DNA from: an uncultured Candidatus Thioglobus sp.
Lineage (GTDB): Bacteria; Pseudomonadota; Gammaproteobacteria; PS1; Pseudothioglobaceae
Reading direction: 5' to 3'
Assembly: GCA_000205985.2 (NCBI GenBank)
Contig: GG730003.1
Coordinates: 39 to 64,038 of the forward strand
DNA length: 64,000 nt
In this document: one piece after another, positions 49,899 through 60,658 of the stretch
Numbering within the stretch: the first letter of the stretch is position 1
Layout: each line of letters opens with the position of its first letter
Made by a program: the position numbers and the translations under genes
The notes under the pieces: generated by a model
Databases searched by the model: none
What the model was told of the DNA's origin: nothing
What the model saw: the letters and a program-made list of their open reading frames with translations, nothing else

Positions 49899-50552
49899 AT
49901 GGATATTACGCAAGCAAGAAAGAATACAATTGATCAACAAATTCGTCCTTGGGGTGGTTTGAATTACATTGCTAATAACGCTCTTAGGAACATTCCAAGA
50001 GAAGATTTTGTACCTGAAAAATATAAAAATCTAGCTTTTGCTGATATTGAAATCCCCCTGAATAATCGAGCTAAAATGCTTTCACCAAAAATAGAAGGTA
50101 GACTGTTAGACGCGCTTAATATTCAAAAAGATGAGAATGTATTAGAGGTAGGAACGGGCAGTGGCTATTTAACAGCCGTGATCTCAAAACTGTGCAAATC
50201 CATCACCAGCATTGAAATTGATGAAGACCTTAGCGTCAGTGCCCAAGAAAAACTTAATTCACTAAACATTAATAATACTCAATTAGAAGTGGGCGATGCA
50301 TCAAAAGGTTGGAGCTCTAATGATTTTTTCGATGTGGTTGTGGTTAGTAGTGCTGTACCAAAAATCACGGGTCGCTATTTTCACTTGCTTAACGTAGGCG
50401 GTCGAATCTTTGTGGTTGAAGGAAAAGGCAAAAACATGAGTGCGAAACTCATCACCCGTCTCAGTGAGCACAAATGGGAAACCAAATCACTGTTTGAAAC
50501 TCGCCTTGACACTATGCAAGGGTTAGAATCCAATGCTAGTTTTGAATTTTAA
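49899..50552 (+). CDS. Protein-L-isoaspartate O-methyltransferase family protein
   Basis: SAM-binding VLEVGTGSGY and PCMT-like layout. Paralogue type rather than canonical pcm. Confidence 0.75.
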   Translation: MDITQARKNTIDQQIRPWGGLNYIANNALRNIPREDFVPEKYKNLAFADIEIPLNNRAKMLSPKIEGRLLDALNIQKDENVLEVGTGSGYLTAVISKLCKSITSIEIDEDLSVSAQEKLNSLNINNTQLEVGDASKGWSSNDFFDVVVVSSAVPKITGRYFHLLNVGGRIFVVEGKGKNMSAKLITRLSEHKWETKSLFETRLDTMQGLESNASFEF

Positions 50553-50560
50553 ATAAACGC

Positions 50561-52945
50561 ATGAACAGTTTTTACAATTTAGTACTAAAAAAATCCGCAT
50601 TAGGGCTCACTTTACTGGTTATTATTGCTGGTTTTTTCATTGCCCAAATTCCCGATTTTCAACTCGATGCCTCTTCAGACTCATTGGTATTAGAAGGCGA
50701 TACCAATCTGCGCTATTATCAAAGCATTAAAAAAGATTACGGCTCTGATGATTCTTTAGTAATCAGCTATCAAGTTCAAGGTAATTTACTGAATCCGGAA
50801 CAACTTTCTCACCTAAAAAACTTAAGAAAAGATCTGAGAAAAATTGATCAGGTTAAATCAGTCACCACAATTCTAGATGTACCTTTGTTTCGATCGCCAC
50901 CGCTTTCTTTGGTGGATTTAGCCGATGAGAATATTAACATTGACAACGGCAATGCCAATCTAGCTCTTGCCAGTAAAGAGTTCAAAACCTCGCCTTTGTA
51001 CGCCAATAATTTAGTCAGTAGTGACGGTAAAACCACCGCTATTTTAGTGTCTCTGAAAAGCAACAAAAGATTTGACGAGCTTCGTCAACAACGCGACAAA
51101 ATGCGCCCTCTAAGAGTCAGTAATCAACTTTCAAAAAATGATTTAACCAAACTTAAAAGCATTGAAAAGCAGGTTTTAAAAAACGCCACCACACAAAGCG
51201 ATCAACAAGCACAAACCATTGCTAAAATTCGTTCTACCATTGACCAATATCGTGACAAAGCAAGCCTATTCTTAGGTGGACTACCAATGATTACCACCGA
51301 TATCGTTGCTTACATTGGCAGTGATTTAATCATTTTCAGTTTGGCCGTTATCGGATTAATGACACTTATTCTTGCTGTTATTTTTAAAGGGGTTCGCTGG
51401 GTATTAATGCCAATTGGAATCAGTATTACCGGCGCTCTAATCATGACTGGAATCTTAGCATTTTTAGGTTGGAAGGTCACGGTTATCTCTTCTAATTTCT
51501 TTTCGTTACTGTTGGTAATGACCTTATCGGTCACCATTCATTTGGTAGTACGCTATCGAGAATTAGCACAAGATAAACCAGAGCTGGACGCACAACAACT
51601 GATTAAAAAAACGTTGGAGCAAATGTTCAAACCTTGTTTGTTTACCACGCTCACTACATTTGCTGCTTTCGGATCACTTCTCATTAGTGGTATTCGCCCC
51701 GTTATTGATTTTGGCTGGATGATGTCCATCGGTGTCACCATCGCACTGGTTCTATCGTTTTTAGCTTTTCCTATGATAATGAGCTTAATGCCAAAGGCAA
51801 AAATTCAAAAACACAAAACAGAATTGAGCGTTACCCATGGCTTGGCTAAATTTACTGAAAAGTTTGGCAATCATCTTTTAGTAGTACTGGTGTTATTTAT
51901 TGGTGCCGCAGGGTTTGGCATTAACAAGCTTAGTGTTGAGAATCGTTTTATTGATTACTTTAAAGAAAGCACTGAAATCAATCAAGGACTAACACTGATT
52001 GATAAAAAACTCGGTGGCACCATTCCGCTTGAGATCATTTTTGATGACTTGGCAGAAGACTACTGGTTTGATGAAGACTTACGCGCAGACATACACACAG
52101 TTCATCAATATCTAGATGGCTTAGATGAAACAGGGAAGGTGCTTTCCATTGACACTTTAATGCAGATCCTCACGCAAGCAAATGATAACCAAGCTCTGAA
52201 TGGGTTTTTCTTAAACATCGTTAGAGGACAAATACCAGAAAGTGCCAAAAAACACGTGTTGTACCCGTACCTGTCTGAAGATAACGGTCAGCTACGCATG
52301 GTGATTCGTATTCGCGAAACCAATAAAGAACTCAAACGTGGTGAGTTGATCGACAAAATCGAGACTTACATAGAAAAAGATTTAGGCTTTAGAAAAGGCA
52401 GTTTCCACCTAACTGGCATGCTGGTGCTGTACAACAACATGCTACAAAGCCTGTTCGACTCTCAAGTTAAAACCATTGCTGTGGTTTTTTCCATGATTTT
52501 TGTGATGTTTTTATTCGTGTTTAAATCCATTGCCCTGTCCATTCTTGCACTGATCCCTAACACACTGCCATCCATGTTTATTCTTGGCATTATGGGCTTG
52601 TTGAACATTCCGCTAGACCTAATGACTATTACCATTTCTGCAATTGCTATTGGTATTGGCGTGGATAACGCCATTCATTACATTCATCGCTTTAGCGCAG
52701 AATTCCAAAAAGATGGCGACTACTTAGCCACCATGTATCGTTCCCATGCTAGTATTGGTTTAGCCATGTTCTACACCTCCATCACAGTCACATTAGGATT
52801 TTTAATTTTGGCATTGTCTAACTTTATACCCAGCATCTATTTTGGCGTGTTTACTGCTATTGCCATGCTCAGTGCTCTACTGGCCAATCTGACTTTGTTG
52901 CCAAAATTAATACTGATGGTGAAGCCAAAAATCAAAAAAGCTTAG
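50561..52945 (+). CDS. RND-superfamily/MMPL-type exporter with two sterol-sensing-like 6-TM bundles
   Basis: 794 aa with two repeats of a large periplasmic loop followed by clustered TM helices. Substrate unknown. Confidence 0.7.
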   Translation: MNSFYNLVLKKSALGLTLLVIIAGFFIAQIPDFQLDASSDSLVLEGDTNLRYYQSIKKDYGSDDSLVISYQVQGNLLNPEQLSHLKNLRKDLRKIDQVKSVTTILDVPLFRSPPLSLVDLADENINIDNGNANLALASKEFKTSPLYANNLVSSDGKTTAILVSLKSNKRFDELRQQRDKMRPLRVSNQLSKNDLTKLKSIEKQVLKNATTQSDQQAQTIAKIRSTIDQYRDKASLFLGGLPMITTDIVAYIGSDLIIFSLAVIGLMTLILAVIFKGVRWVLMPIGISITGALIMTGILAFLGWKVTVISSNFFSLLLVMTLSVTIHLVVRYRELAQDKPELDAQQLIKKTLEQMFKPCLFTTLTTFAAFGSLLISGIRPVIDFGWMMSIGVTIALVLSFLAFPMIMSLMPKAKIQKHKTELSVTHGLAKFTEKFGNHLLVVLVLFIGAAGFGINKLSVENRFIDYFKESTEINQGLTLIDKKLGGTIPLEIIFDDLAEDYWFDEDLRADIHTVHQYLDGLDETGKVLSIDTLMQILTQANDNQALNGFFLNIVRGQIPESAKKHVLYPYLSEDNGQLRMVIRIRETNKELKRGELIDKIETYIEKDLGFRKGSFHLTGMLVLYNNMLQSLFDSQVKTIAVVFSMIFVMFLFVFKSIALSILALIPNTLPSMFILGIMGLLNIPLDLMTITISAIAIGIGVDNAIHYIHRFSAEFQKDGDYLATMYRSHASIGLAMFYTSITVTLGFLILALSNFIPSIYFGVFTAIAMLSALLANLTLLPKLILMVKPKIKKA

Positions 52946-52956
52946 TCGTTTTATCC

Positions 52957-54516
52957 ATGTCAAAACAGCACCAATTTGATGTTCTTATTATTGGCACTGG
53001 TAGTGCTGGGCTAATGAGTGCCTTACAATTATCCGATGATTTATCCATTGCACTGATTGCCAAAGACAAAATTCTCGAAGGCAGTTCCTACTACGCTCAA
53101 GGTGGCATATCAGCCGTATTAGATACCGACGACAACTTTGACGCACACATCAAAGATACACTCGAAACGGCTGCCGGCTTGGGAGATGAATCAGCCGTCC
53201 GATTTATGGTTGAGCAGGCACCCGATGCGATCGCCTCTTTAGAAGAATCAGGTGTTCATTTCACGCGTAAAGCTGATCAGTATCACCTTACTACCGAAGG
53301 TGGACACAGTGCTAGACGTGTAGCACACGTTGCTGATAAAACCGGAGAATCCATCCAAACCAATTTATTGAGCAATGTTAAAAATAAAAAAAACATCACT
53401 TTATTTGAAAGCCACATTGCCATCGATTTACTCACTAAAAACTCAAATTGTTACGGTGCTTATATTTTGAATAAAAGCACAAATACAGTAGAAAGTTTCA
53501 TTACTCATAAAACCATCATTGCCACTGGCGGCGCATCTAAAGCCTATTTATATACTTCAAACCCAGACACTTCGACGGGTGACGGCATAGCCATGGCTTA
53601 TAGGTCTGGGTGCGATATTGTTAATATGGAATTTACTCAATTCCACCCCACTTGCCTGTATCACCCACATGCCAAATCTTTCTTAATTTCCGAAGCGTTG
53701 CGTGGCGAAGGTGGCAAACTCATACTACCAAACGGCGATGCATTCATGCGCAAATACGATGATCGAGCCGAACTTGCACCTCGAGACGTTGTTGCTAGAG
53801 CCATTGACTTTGAGATGAAAACCAACGGCTTTGACTGTGTTTATCTTGACATCTCTTTTAAGGAAAAATCATGGTTACAAGAACACTTTCCCACCATTTA
53901 CAAAAAATGCATCTCATTTGGCATTGATATCTCAAAAGACCCTATTCCTGTTGTACCGGCTGCCCATTATACGTGTGGTGGCATCCAAACCAATTTAGAC
54001 GCGCAAAGCAACATTACCAATCTATACGCGATTGGCGAAGCAGCGCACACCGGTGTACATGGTGCCAATCGCATGGCCAGCAATTCCTTGCTAGAATGCA
54101 TTGTTTTTGCCAAATCTTGTGCCAAGCACATTAATCTTCAAACCTTTAATGAAGCACAACCAAAGTTTGACAATTGGGACGCATCTCGAGTCACACCTTC
54201 GCAAGAAAAAGTAGTGGTATCTCACCTATGGGATGAAATCCGACGCATTATGTGGAACTTTGTTGGCATTGTGCGTAGCAACAAACGCCTTCATTATGCC
54301 CAACTAAAGCTCACTCAAATTCAAAGTGAGGTCAATGAATACTACCGACTTTACTTGATTTCAAATGATTTAATCGAACTTAGAAACCTAGTTAAAATTG
54401 CACAAATTATTGTTCAGTCGGCAATTACCAGAACCGAAAGCCGTGGTTTGCATTACAATGAAGATTACCCTGAGAAGGCTGATCAACCGACTGATACCAT
54501 TATACAAAAATCATGA
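52957..54516 (+). CDS. nadB: L-aspartate oxidase
   Basis: FAD motif IIGTGSAGL, AQGGI, HPT and RSESRGLH motifs. Confidence 0.93.
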   Translation: MSKQHQFDVLIIGTGSAGLMSALQLSDDLSIALIAKDKILEGSSYYAQGGISAVLDTDDNFDAHIKDTLETAAGLGDESAVRFMVEQAPDAIASLEESGVHFTRKADQYHLTTEGGHSARRVAHVADKTGESIQTNLLSNVKNKKNITLFESHIAIDLLTKNSNCYGAYILNKSTNTVESFITHKTIIATGGASKAYLYTSNPDTSTGDGIAMAYRSGCDIVNMEFTQFHPTCLYHPHAKSFLISEALRGEGGKLILPNGDAFMRKYDDRAELAPRDVVARAIDFEMKTNGFDCVYLDISFKEKSWLQEHFPTIYKKCISFGIDISKDPIPVVPAAHYTCGGIQTNLDAQSNITNLYAIGEAAHTGVHGANRMASNSLLECIVFAKSCAKHINLQTFNEAQPKFDNWDASRVTPSQEKVVVSHLWDEIRRIMWNFVGIVRSNKRLHYAQLKLTQIQSEVNEYYRLYLISNDLIELRNLVKIAQIIVQSAITRTESRGLHYNEDYPEKADQPTDTIIQKS

Positions 54517-55070
54517 TTCTACCTATTCTTCACTACCCTGATCCTCGCCTACGCACTAAAGCTAAAGAGGTTGATGCGGTGAATGATAAAACTAGAATAC
54601 TGGTTAAGAACATGTTTGAGACCATGTACGCTGAAGATGGTATTGGCTTAGCGGCCACCCAAATAAATCAGCATCTACAAATAGTGGTAATGGACGTACC
54701 AGACTCGCAAGATGATTATGAGTTGCTACTGAAAAATAGAAAAAATGATTCGGATAAAGAAACCAACATACAACATCACCCCTTATGTTTTATTAATCCG
54801 AAGATCACAACAATAAGTGGCCATGAAAAACACATTGAGGGCTGTTTGTCAGTACCTGGTTTTCAGGCAGAAGTTGAACGTTCTAACCAAATTACAATTG
54901 AAGCATTAAACGAACAAGGCGAATCATTTACATTGCACGCAAGCAACTTACTTGCTGTATGCATTCAGCATGAGCTAGACCATTTAAAAGGAATTTTGTT
55001 TGTTGATTATTTGTCCAAACTCAAGCAAAAACGCCTATTGGAAAAAACCAAAAAAGTAATTAAGGATTAG
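54513..55070 (+). CDS. def: Peptide deformylase (with a ~15-aa acidic insert)
   Basis: GIGLAATQ, EGCLSVPG and QHELDHL motifs. Confidence 0.93.
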   Translation: MILPILHYPDPRLRTKAKEVDAVNDKTRILVKNMFETMYAEDGIGLAATQINQHLQIVVMDVPDSQDDYELLLKNRKNDSDKETNIQHHPLCFINPKITTISGHEKHIEGCLSVPGFQAEVERSNQITIEALNEQGESFTLHASNLLAVCIQHELDHLKGILFVDYLSKLKQKRLLEKTKKVIKD

Positions 55071-55073
55071 CCT

Positions 55074-56048
55074 GTGTCCATTCAAATTGGTGCTTACCAA
55101 TTAAAATCTCAGGTATTTCTCGCCCCGATGGCAGGCACCAGTGACAAGCCCTTTCGCGCTATTTGTCGTGCGCAAGGTGCGGCACTCACCACCTCTGAAA
55201 TGGTGGTTATTCAAAAACATCTATTAGGAACAAATAAATCCAAACATCGTCTCGATTTCTCTGGCGAGCCAGCACCCATCAGTATTCAAATCGCCGGCTC
55301 CCAAGCCGATGAATTAGCTTATTCAGCGCAGCAAGCGCTAAAATTTGGTGCTGATATTATTGATATTAATATGGGTTGCCCTGCCAAAAAAGTCTGCAAT
55401 AAAGCTGCAGGCTCTGCACTCATGCAAGATGAGGCTTTAGTTAAGAGCATTCTTAACGCTGTGGTGAGTGCGGTCGATATTCCTGTGACTTTAAAAATGC
55501 GCACAGGCTGGAATGTTAGTAACAAGAACGCCCCAACTATCGCCAAAATTGCCGAAGAAGCAGGTATTCAAATGCTCAGTGTTCATGGTCGCACACGTGA
55601 AGATAAATACACCGGCATGGCAGAATACGACACCATTAAAGCGGTTAAGTCACAGGTTGGCATCCCCGTGATTGCAAATGGCGATATTACCTCGGCTAAA
55701 AAAGCACAATCAGTTTTACAATATACGGGTGCAGATGGCGTGATGGTCGGCAGAGCAACTCAAGGCAACCCATGGATTATTCATGAAATTGATCACTACT
55801 TAAAAACTGGCCAAAAAGCCACTGACATCCCACTCAATGTCAAAAAACAAACAATTTTGGATCATATTAAGCAAATTCACGCCTTTTATGGTGAAAAATT
55901 AGGCACTCAGTTATCCAGAAAGCATATTTTTTGGTATGCTACTCACCTTGACGAAAAAAATGCTCAAACCTTCTGGGAGAAAGTCAACAAAATTACTGAC
56001 CACAAATTGCAATACCAACTACTTGAGAACTATTTACACCAACTATGA
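55074..56048 (+). CDS. dusB: tRNA-dihydrouridine synthase B
   Basis: LAPMAG.SD.PFR, INMGCPAKKV and HGRTR motifs. Lies upstream of fis. Confidence 0.93.
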   Translation: MSIQIGAYQLKSQVFLAPMAGTSDKPFRAICRAQGAALTTSEMVVIQKHLLGTNKSKHRLDFSGEPAPISIQIAGSQADELAYSAQQALKFGADIIDINMGCPAKKVCNKAAGSALMQDEALVKSILNAVVSAVDIPVTLKMRTGWNVSNKNAPTIAKIAEEAGIQMLSVHGRTREDKYTGMAEYDTIKAVKSQVGIPVIANGDITSAKKAQSVLQYTGADGVMVGRATQGNPWIIHEIDHYLKTGQKATDIPLNVKKQTILDHIKQIHAFYGEKLGTQLSRKHIFWYATHLDEKNAQTFWEKVNKITDHKLQYQLLENYLHQL

Positions 56049-56275
56049 ACCCAATTGATTTACCCGCTTGTATTAATGCAAAACTTGAGCGCTACTTTGA
56101 GCAGTTGAATGGCGAGTCAGCAAATGGTGTATTTAAAATGGTCATGCAAGAAACTGAATCAGTTACTATTAAATTTGTATTAGATGCTGTCGAACAAAAT
56201 CAAAGTGAAGCAGCAAGAATCTTAGGCATGAATCGTGGCACTTTAAAGAAAAAAATTGAGCTGTATAAGCTATAA
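56045..56275 (+). CDS. fis: DNA-binding protein Fis
   Basis: 76 aa with the C-terminal HTH NQSEAARILGMNRGTLKKKI. dusB-fis operon. Confidence 0.9.
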   Translation: MNPIDLPACINAKLERYFEQLNGESANGVFKMVMQETESVTIKFVLDAVEQNQSEAARILGMNRGTLKKKIELYKL

Positions 56276-56314
56276 TATTTTCTTTAGTTTTTCACCAAAT
56301 CTCAAAGGAATAAA

Positions 56315-57857
56315 ATGGCTATACAACGCGCCTTAATCAGTGTTTCTGACAAAACTGGCATCATCGAACTTGCTCAATCTTTAGCAAGCAAAAATATTGA
56401 AATCCTTTCAACCGGTGGCACAGCCAAGCTTTTAGCTGATAATGGCATTCCAGTAATTGAAGTATCGGACTACACCGGTTTCCCTGAAATGATGGCGGGC
56501 CGTGTTAAAACCCTTAATCCTAAAATCCACGGTGGTATTCTAGCGCGTCGCGGACTTGACGAAGGTGTGATGGCTGATAACGATATCAACCCTATTGATT
56601 TGGTTGTGGTTAATCTATACCCTTTCCAAGCAACCATTGCTAATCCTGATTGCACACTTGAAGATGCAATTGAAAATATCGATATCGGTGGTCCAGCAAT
56701 GCTAAGATCAAGTGCCAAAAATCATGCTTCAGTTACTGTTGTGGTGGATGCATCAGATTACCAAACGGTTATTGACGAGATTAATGCAAATGGTGATACA
56801 ACACTTAAAACCCGTACCAAGCTTGCTCTTAGAACTTTTGAACACACAGCGCAATACGACGGCGCTATTGCTAATTATTTAGGCAAAGGTGAAGATGGTT
56901 TTTCTAACACCATGAACTTACAATTCAACAAAGTACAGTCTATGCGCTATGGTGAAAACCCCACATCAAAATGCAGCGTTTTATGTAGAAAGCAACATTA
57001 CAGAATCTTGCGTGGCATCAAGTACACAGTTCCAAGGCAAAGAAATGTCATTCAACAACATGGCTGATGCCGATGCTGCCCTTGAATGTGTACGTAGTTT
57101 TGATGCGCCTTGTTGTGTGATTGTTAAGCATGCTAACCCTTGTGGTGTCGCTGTGAGAGACAACATTCACAACGCTTATTTAGATGCTTTTAAAACAGAT
57201 CCAACTTCTGCTTTTGGTGGCATCATTGCTTTTAATCGCCCACTAGATAAAGACACCGCTCAAGACATTATTGACAAGCAATTCGTAGAAGTTATCATCG
57301 CACCGAGTGTTGATGATGATGCTAAAGAAGTATTGTTAGCCAAGCAAAATGTTCGCGCATTAGAATGCGGCGATCTTAGCACTGCCCAACCCTCACTAGA
57401 CTATAAACGCGTCACTGGTGGCCTATTAGTGCAAGATAAAGATCTAGGCATAATCACTGAAGATGACATTAAATGCGTTAGTAAAATTCAACCAACTGCC
57501 GATCAAATCAAAGATTTGTTATTCGCATGGAAAGTAGCAAAAATGGTAAAGTCAAATGCTATTGTTTACGTTAAAAATGAGATGACCATCGGTGTTGGCG
57601 CAGGCCAAATGTCACGTGTTTACTCAGCTAAAATTGCCGGCATTAAAGCGGCAGACGAAGGTTTGATCGTTGAAGGCTCAGTCATGGCATCAGATGCATT
57701 CTTCCCATTCAGAGATGGTATTGATGCTGCGGCAGAAGCCGGCATTAAAGCCATCATTCAACCAGGTGGATCAATGCGTGATAATGAAGTTATTGAGGCA
57801 GCTGATGAGCATGGAATTGCTATGGTGTTGACTGGCATGCGTCACTTCAAACACTAA
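56315..57857 (+). CDS. purH: Bifunctional AICAR transformylase/IMP cyclohydrolase PurH, frameshifted
   Basis: The MGS-like N-domain ORF (56315-) runs up to ..LRYGENP. The expected HQNAAFY... continues in the +1 frame (ORF 56949-57857). The break is at the C4 run plus A (56959-56963). Confidence 0.9.
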
Positions 57858-58003
57858 TTTATAGAGGTGCTTTTCGCCTAACTCTGCGTTATAAGTCAAA
57901 CTTCAGAACGGTCACTTACAATTTGTAAGCTCCCAACCTTTGTTTGGCTTACGCCTTGATTTAAACAAAAATCATTCTCTATAAATATTAATGAGGCTTT
58001 ACA

Positions 58004-58579
58004 CTATTTTTCTAGAAATCTTTTAAAGGCTTTAGAAGAAACAATTAATAATGTGGTCTTATCAAGATGTAGAGATAATGTAGCACTAAGACCAGTCCAT
58101 TGCATATGCACTCCTTTTTCATCCTTGATAAGCTTGGACTTTCCATATTTACTTTCCAATAAATACATCAAAATTGACTTAAGTTTAACTCTCTGCTGTT
58201 TTTTCTTACCCGAAACTGTTTTGACAATATTGTTATCCACATAAGACATAATATTATTAGGCACGTTGGCCAAAATATAACCTGTTTCTGGATCAAATTC
58301 AATCAATACAGAAAACAGCTTATTATCAATAAAGGTAAACATAGTTGGCTTTGTATTCAAGTCGATAAAATTTAAACCTGAAATCTTAAAATGATTCATG
58401 TCGCTCTTAACCTTATCGACTTTGACTACTTCAGGAAACAATTTGTATAAATCTTCTTTAGAGTCATTAAAAGACATTCCAAATATTTCAGACGGTTCAT
58501 TTTGGAACGCATACACCGAACTAAACGGCGTGAGAATAAACACTAATAATATTAAAAATCTAAATTGCATATCAATCAA
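58004..58579 (-). CDS. Hypothetical secreted protein
   Basis: 191-aa ORF with a signal peptide (..SSVYA/FQ). No recognisable domain. Confidence 0.5.
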   Translation of the reverse strand: MIDMQFRFLILLVFILTPFSSVYAFQNEPSEIFGMSFNDSKEDLYKLFPEVVKVDKVKSDMNHFKISGLNFIDLNTKPTMFTFIDNKLFSVLIEFDPETGYILANVPNNIMSYVDNNIVKTVSGKKKQQRVKLKSILMYLLESKYGKSKLIKDEKGVHMQWTGLSATLSLHLDKTTLLIVSSKAFKRFLEK

Positions 58580-58621
58580 ATATCGGTAAGAATAAAAAAG
58601 TATGTGTTTTATTTCTTTGTT

Positions 58622-59878
58622 TTATAAAGAAACCTCATTATAAATCACTTCAAGACCTTTTCTTAAAGTTGTTTCATCTTTGGCGTAGTTGATACGAATA
58701 CATTGATGTTGGTGTGGCCAAGTGTTATCCATGCCAATAAAAAAGTTATGCCCAGGGATAATGTAAACACCTTTGGCTTTGAGTTGTTGATACAGCTCTT
58801 CTGAAGTCATCTTTAAATCTGGAAACCAGATCCACATAAAAAATGCACCTTCGAGTTTGTGCAGCTTGGCACTGGTACCGCCAAATACGTCATAAAAAAT
58901 CTGTTGTGCAATTGTGGCTTTGTTTTGATAAAAAGGCTTAATGACATCATTTGCTAGGCGCATAATTTCTTGGCTTTTTACCAATCGTGTTACCAAGGCT
59001 GGGCCAACACTACTAGGGGCTAAAGTTAGTATTCCACTCACTCTACTCATGGCTTCAATGGTTGCGTGATTGGCAATCACAATACCCGTTCTAACACCGG
59101 GCAACCCAAGCTTAGATAGTGATAAACACAATATGGTATTGTCATTCCAGCTCAGTGTTGCATCGGTATAAATTGCACCGGGGAATGGCTGGCCGTAGGC
59201 ATTGTCAACAATCAGTGGAATGTTGTTGGCTTGGGCGATATTATCTAGTTGCGCTAATTCATCATCGGTAATGACATTACCGGTTGGGTTAGTGGGGCGT
59301 GAGATACAAATAATGCCAATATCTTCTTGCTTAAGTGTTTGCTCTAGTTTGTCAAAATCAATCTGATATTTAAACTGTTGATCATCAAGCTCATGAATTT
59401 TAGGCTTAACAGATACAAACATATCTGCTGACAAGCCTTGATCAGCGTAACCAATATATTCAGGTGCAATTGGCAGCAATACTTTTCTTTTACTACCATC
59501 TGGCATTTCTCCAGCAAATAAATTAAACAATGAGAAAAAACTACTTTGTGAGCCATTGGTAATGGCGACATTGCCCTCGTCTAAATGCCAATCATAATTG
59601 GTATTAAGCATCTCTACCAATACTCTAACAAATACTTCTGAGCCTTTTGGGCCATCGTAACGGCTTAACATTTGATCAACTTCGTTATTATCAATCAATG
59701 CTTTAAGTTCACTCACAAAAATATCATGTGCCTCAGGTATCAGTGCCGGATTACCGCCGCCGAGCATAATAATATTTTCATCATCGCTATGGTTGGCTTT
59801 GCCCAAATCATCCATCAACTGGGTAATGCCAGAATAGCGGGTAAACTTTTCACCAAATTTTGAGTAGTCTTGATTCAT
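58622..59878 (-). CDS. avtA: Valine-pyruvate aminotransferase (AvtA-like)
   Basis: 418 aa, collinear with E. coli AvtA by eye (FG.KFTR.SGIT.LM.DL, GGGNPA.IPE, SRPTNPTGNVITD.EL, SLSKLGLPG.R.GI.IAN, WPH.HQC.R.NY). Confidence 0.8.
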   Translation of the reverse strand: MNQDYSKFGEKFTRYSGITQLMDDLGKANHSDDENIIMLGGGNPALIPEAHDIFVSELKALIDNNEVDQMLSRYDGPKGSEVFVRVLVEMLNTNYDWHLDEGNVAITNGSQSSFFSLFNLFAGEMPDGSKRKVLLPIAPEYIGYADQGLSADMFVSVKPKIHELDDQQFKYQIDFDKLEQTLKQEDIGIICISRPTNPTGNVITDDELAQLDNIAQANNIPLIVDNAYGQPFPGAIYTDATLSWNDNTILCLSLSKLGLPGVRTGIVIANHATIEAMSRVSGILTLAPSSVGPALVTRLVKSQEIMRLANDVIKPFYQNKATIAQQIFYDVFGGTSAKLHKLEGAFFMWIWFPDLKMTSEELYQQLKAKGVYIIPGHNFFIGMDNTWPHQHQCIRINYAKDETTLRKGLEVIYNEVSL

Positions 59879-59966
59879 GGCTTTATTTTATGACAAATAC
59901 CAATGGGCTTTATAAGTATAAACACACTTCACTATCGATTAAAATAATCGCATCGCTACAAACACT

Positions 59967-60380
59967 TTGAACATGAGTATAGAAAAAATTACCGCTTATC
60001 CAGAAATCACCAACACCGTCATTGAAGGTGATGATGTTGTTTCCGTTACTCAAGGGGATTACGATACTGATAAAGTCACCGCACATATTAAAACAAGTAT
60101 CGCCATGGTCAGAAGATACGAAGAAAAAGGCTACTACACTTTAGAAAAACCCGCGTTCGTTGGTGAGGTGATCACCGCCTTTACTGATTTAGAAGTAAAT
60201 AAAAAAGACGTAATTCGCGCTAATAACTTTATGGATATCCAAGGGTATCAAGAATGTAATCGTGTTTGGCAATTGCCCGATGAAATGAAAGTGCAAGTCT
60301 CACAAATGCTGTATGGCTTCTACATTACTTACGATACAGATAACTGGGAAGACTTTAGCGTCGAGCCCATTGAAAACTAA
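59967..60380 (+). CDS. Hypothetical acidic protein
   Basis: 137-aa ORF (or 135 aa from the ATG at 59973). No recognisable domain. Confidence 0.45.
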   Translation: MNMSIEKITAYPEITNTVIEGDDVVSVTQGDYDTDKVTAHIKTSIAMVRRYEEKGYYTLEKPAFVGEVITAFTDLEVNKKDVIRANNFMDIQGYQECNRVWQLPDEMKVQVSQMLYGFYITYDTDNWEDFSVEPIEN

Positions 60381-60382
60381 AG

Positions 60383-60658
60383 TTATCTAATCGATTTTTG
60401 TACCAATTTGCCAGATACATATTGGTGTAAAACGCTTGAAACCAGTGTTTGATAAGGCAAGCCTAATTCAACTGCATTAGTTTTTAATGACTCTAAGTCA
60501 TTTGCAGAAAGTCGAATGTTAATCCTCTGATCTTTTTTTAAAGTATTTTTTGCTGCTAATCGATGCTCTGCAATTTCACTTTCTAAATTATCAATAGATT
60601 CCCACCCCCCAGATTCTAATGACTGGAGTAACTCTTGTTCTTCTTTATCTAGTTTCAT
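60383..60658 (-). CDS. brnA: BrnA-type (CopG/RHH) antitoxin
   Basis: EEQELLQS.ESG.W.S......K...INIRLS..DL..LK..A...GLPYQTL.SSVLHQYVSG is the COG3514/BrnA pattern. Confidence 0.75.
   Translation of the reverse strand: MKLDKEEQELLQSLESGGWESIDNLESEIAEHRLAAKNTLKKDQRINIRLSANDLESLKTNAVELGLPYQTLVSSVLHQYVSGKLVQKSIR

Noticed and set aside
56955-56966. Programmed +1 frameshifting in purH
   Set aside because: There is no known recoding context (no rare or stop codon at the shift site and no upstream SD-like stimulator seen). An error or a mutation is more parsimonious.
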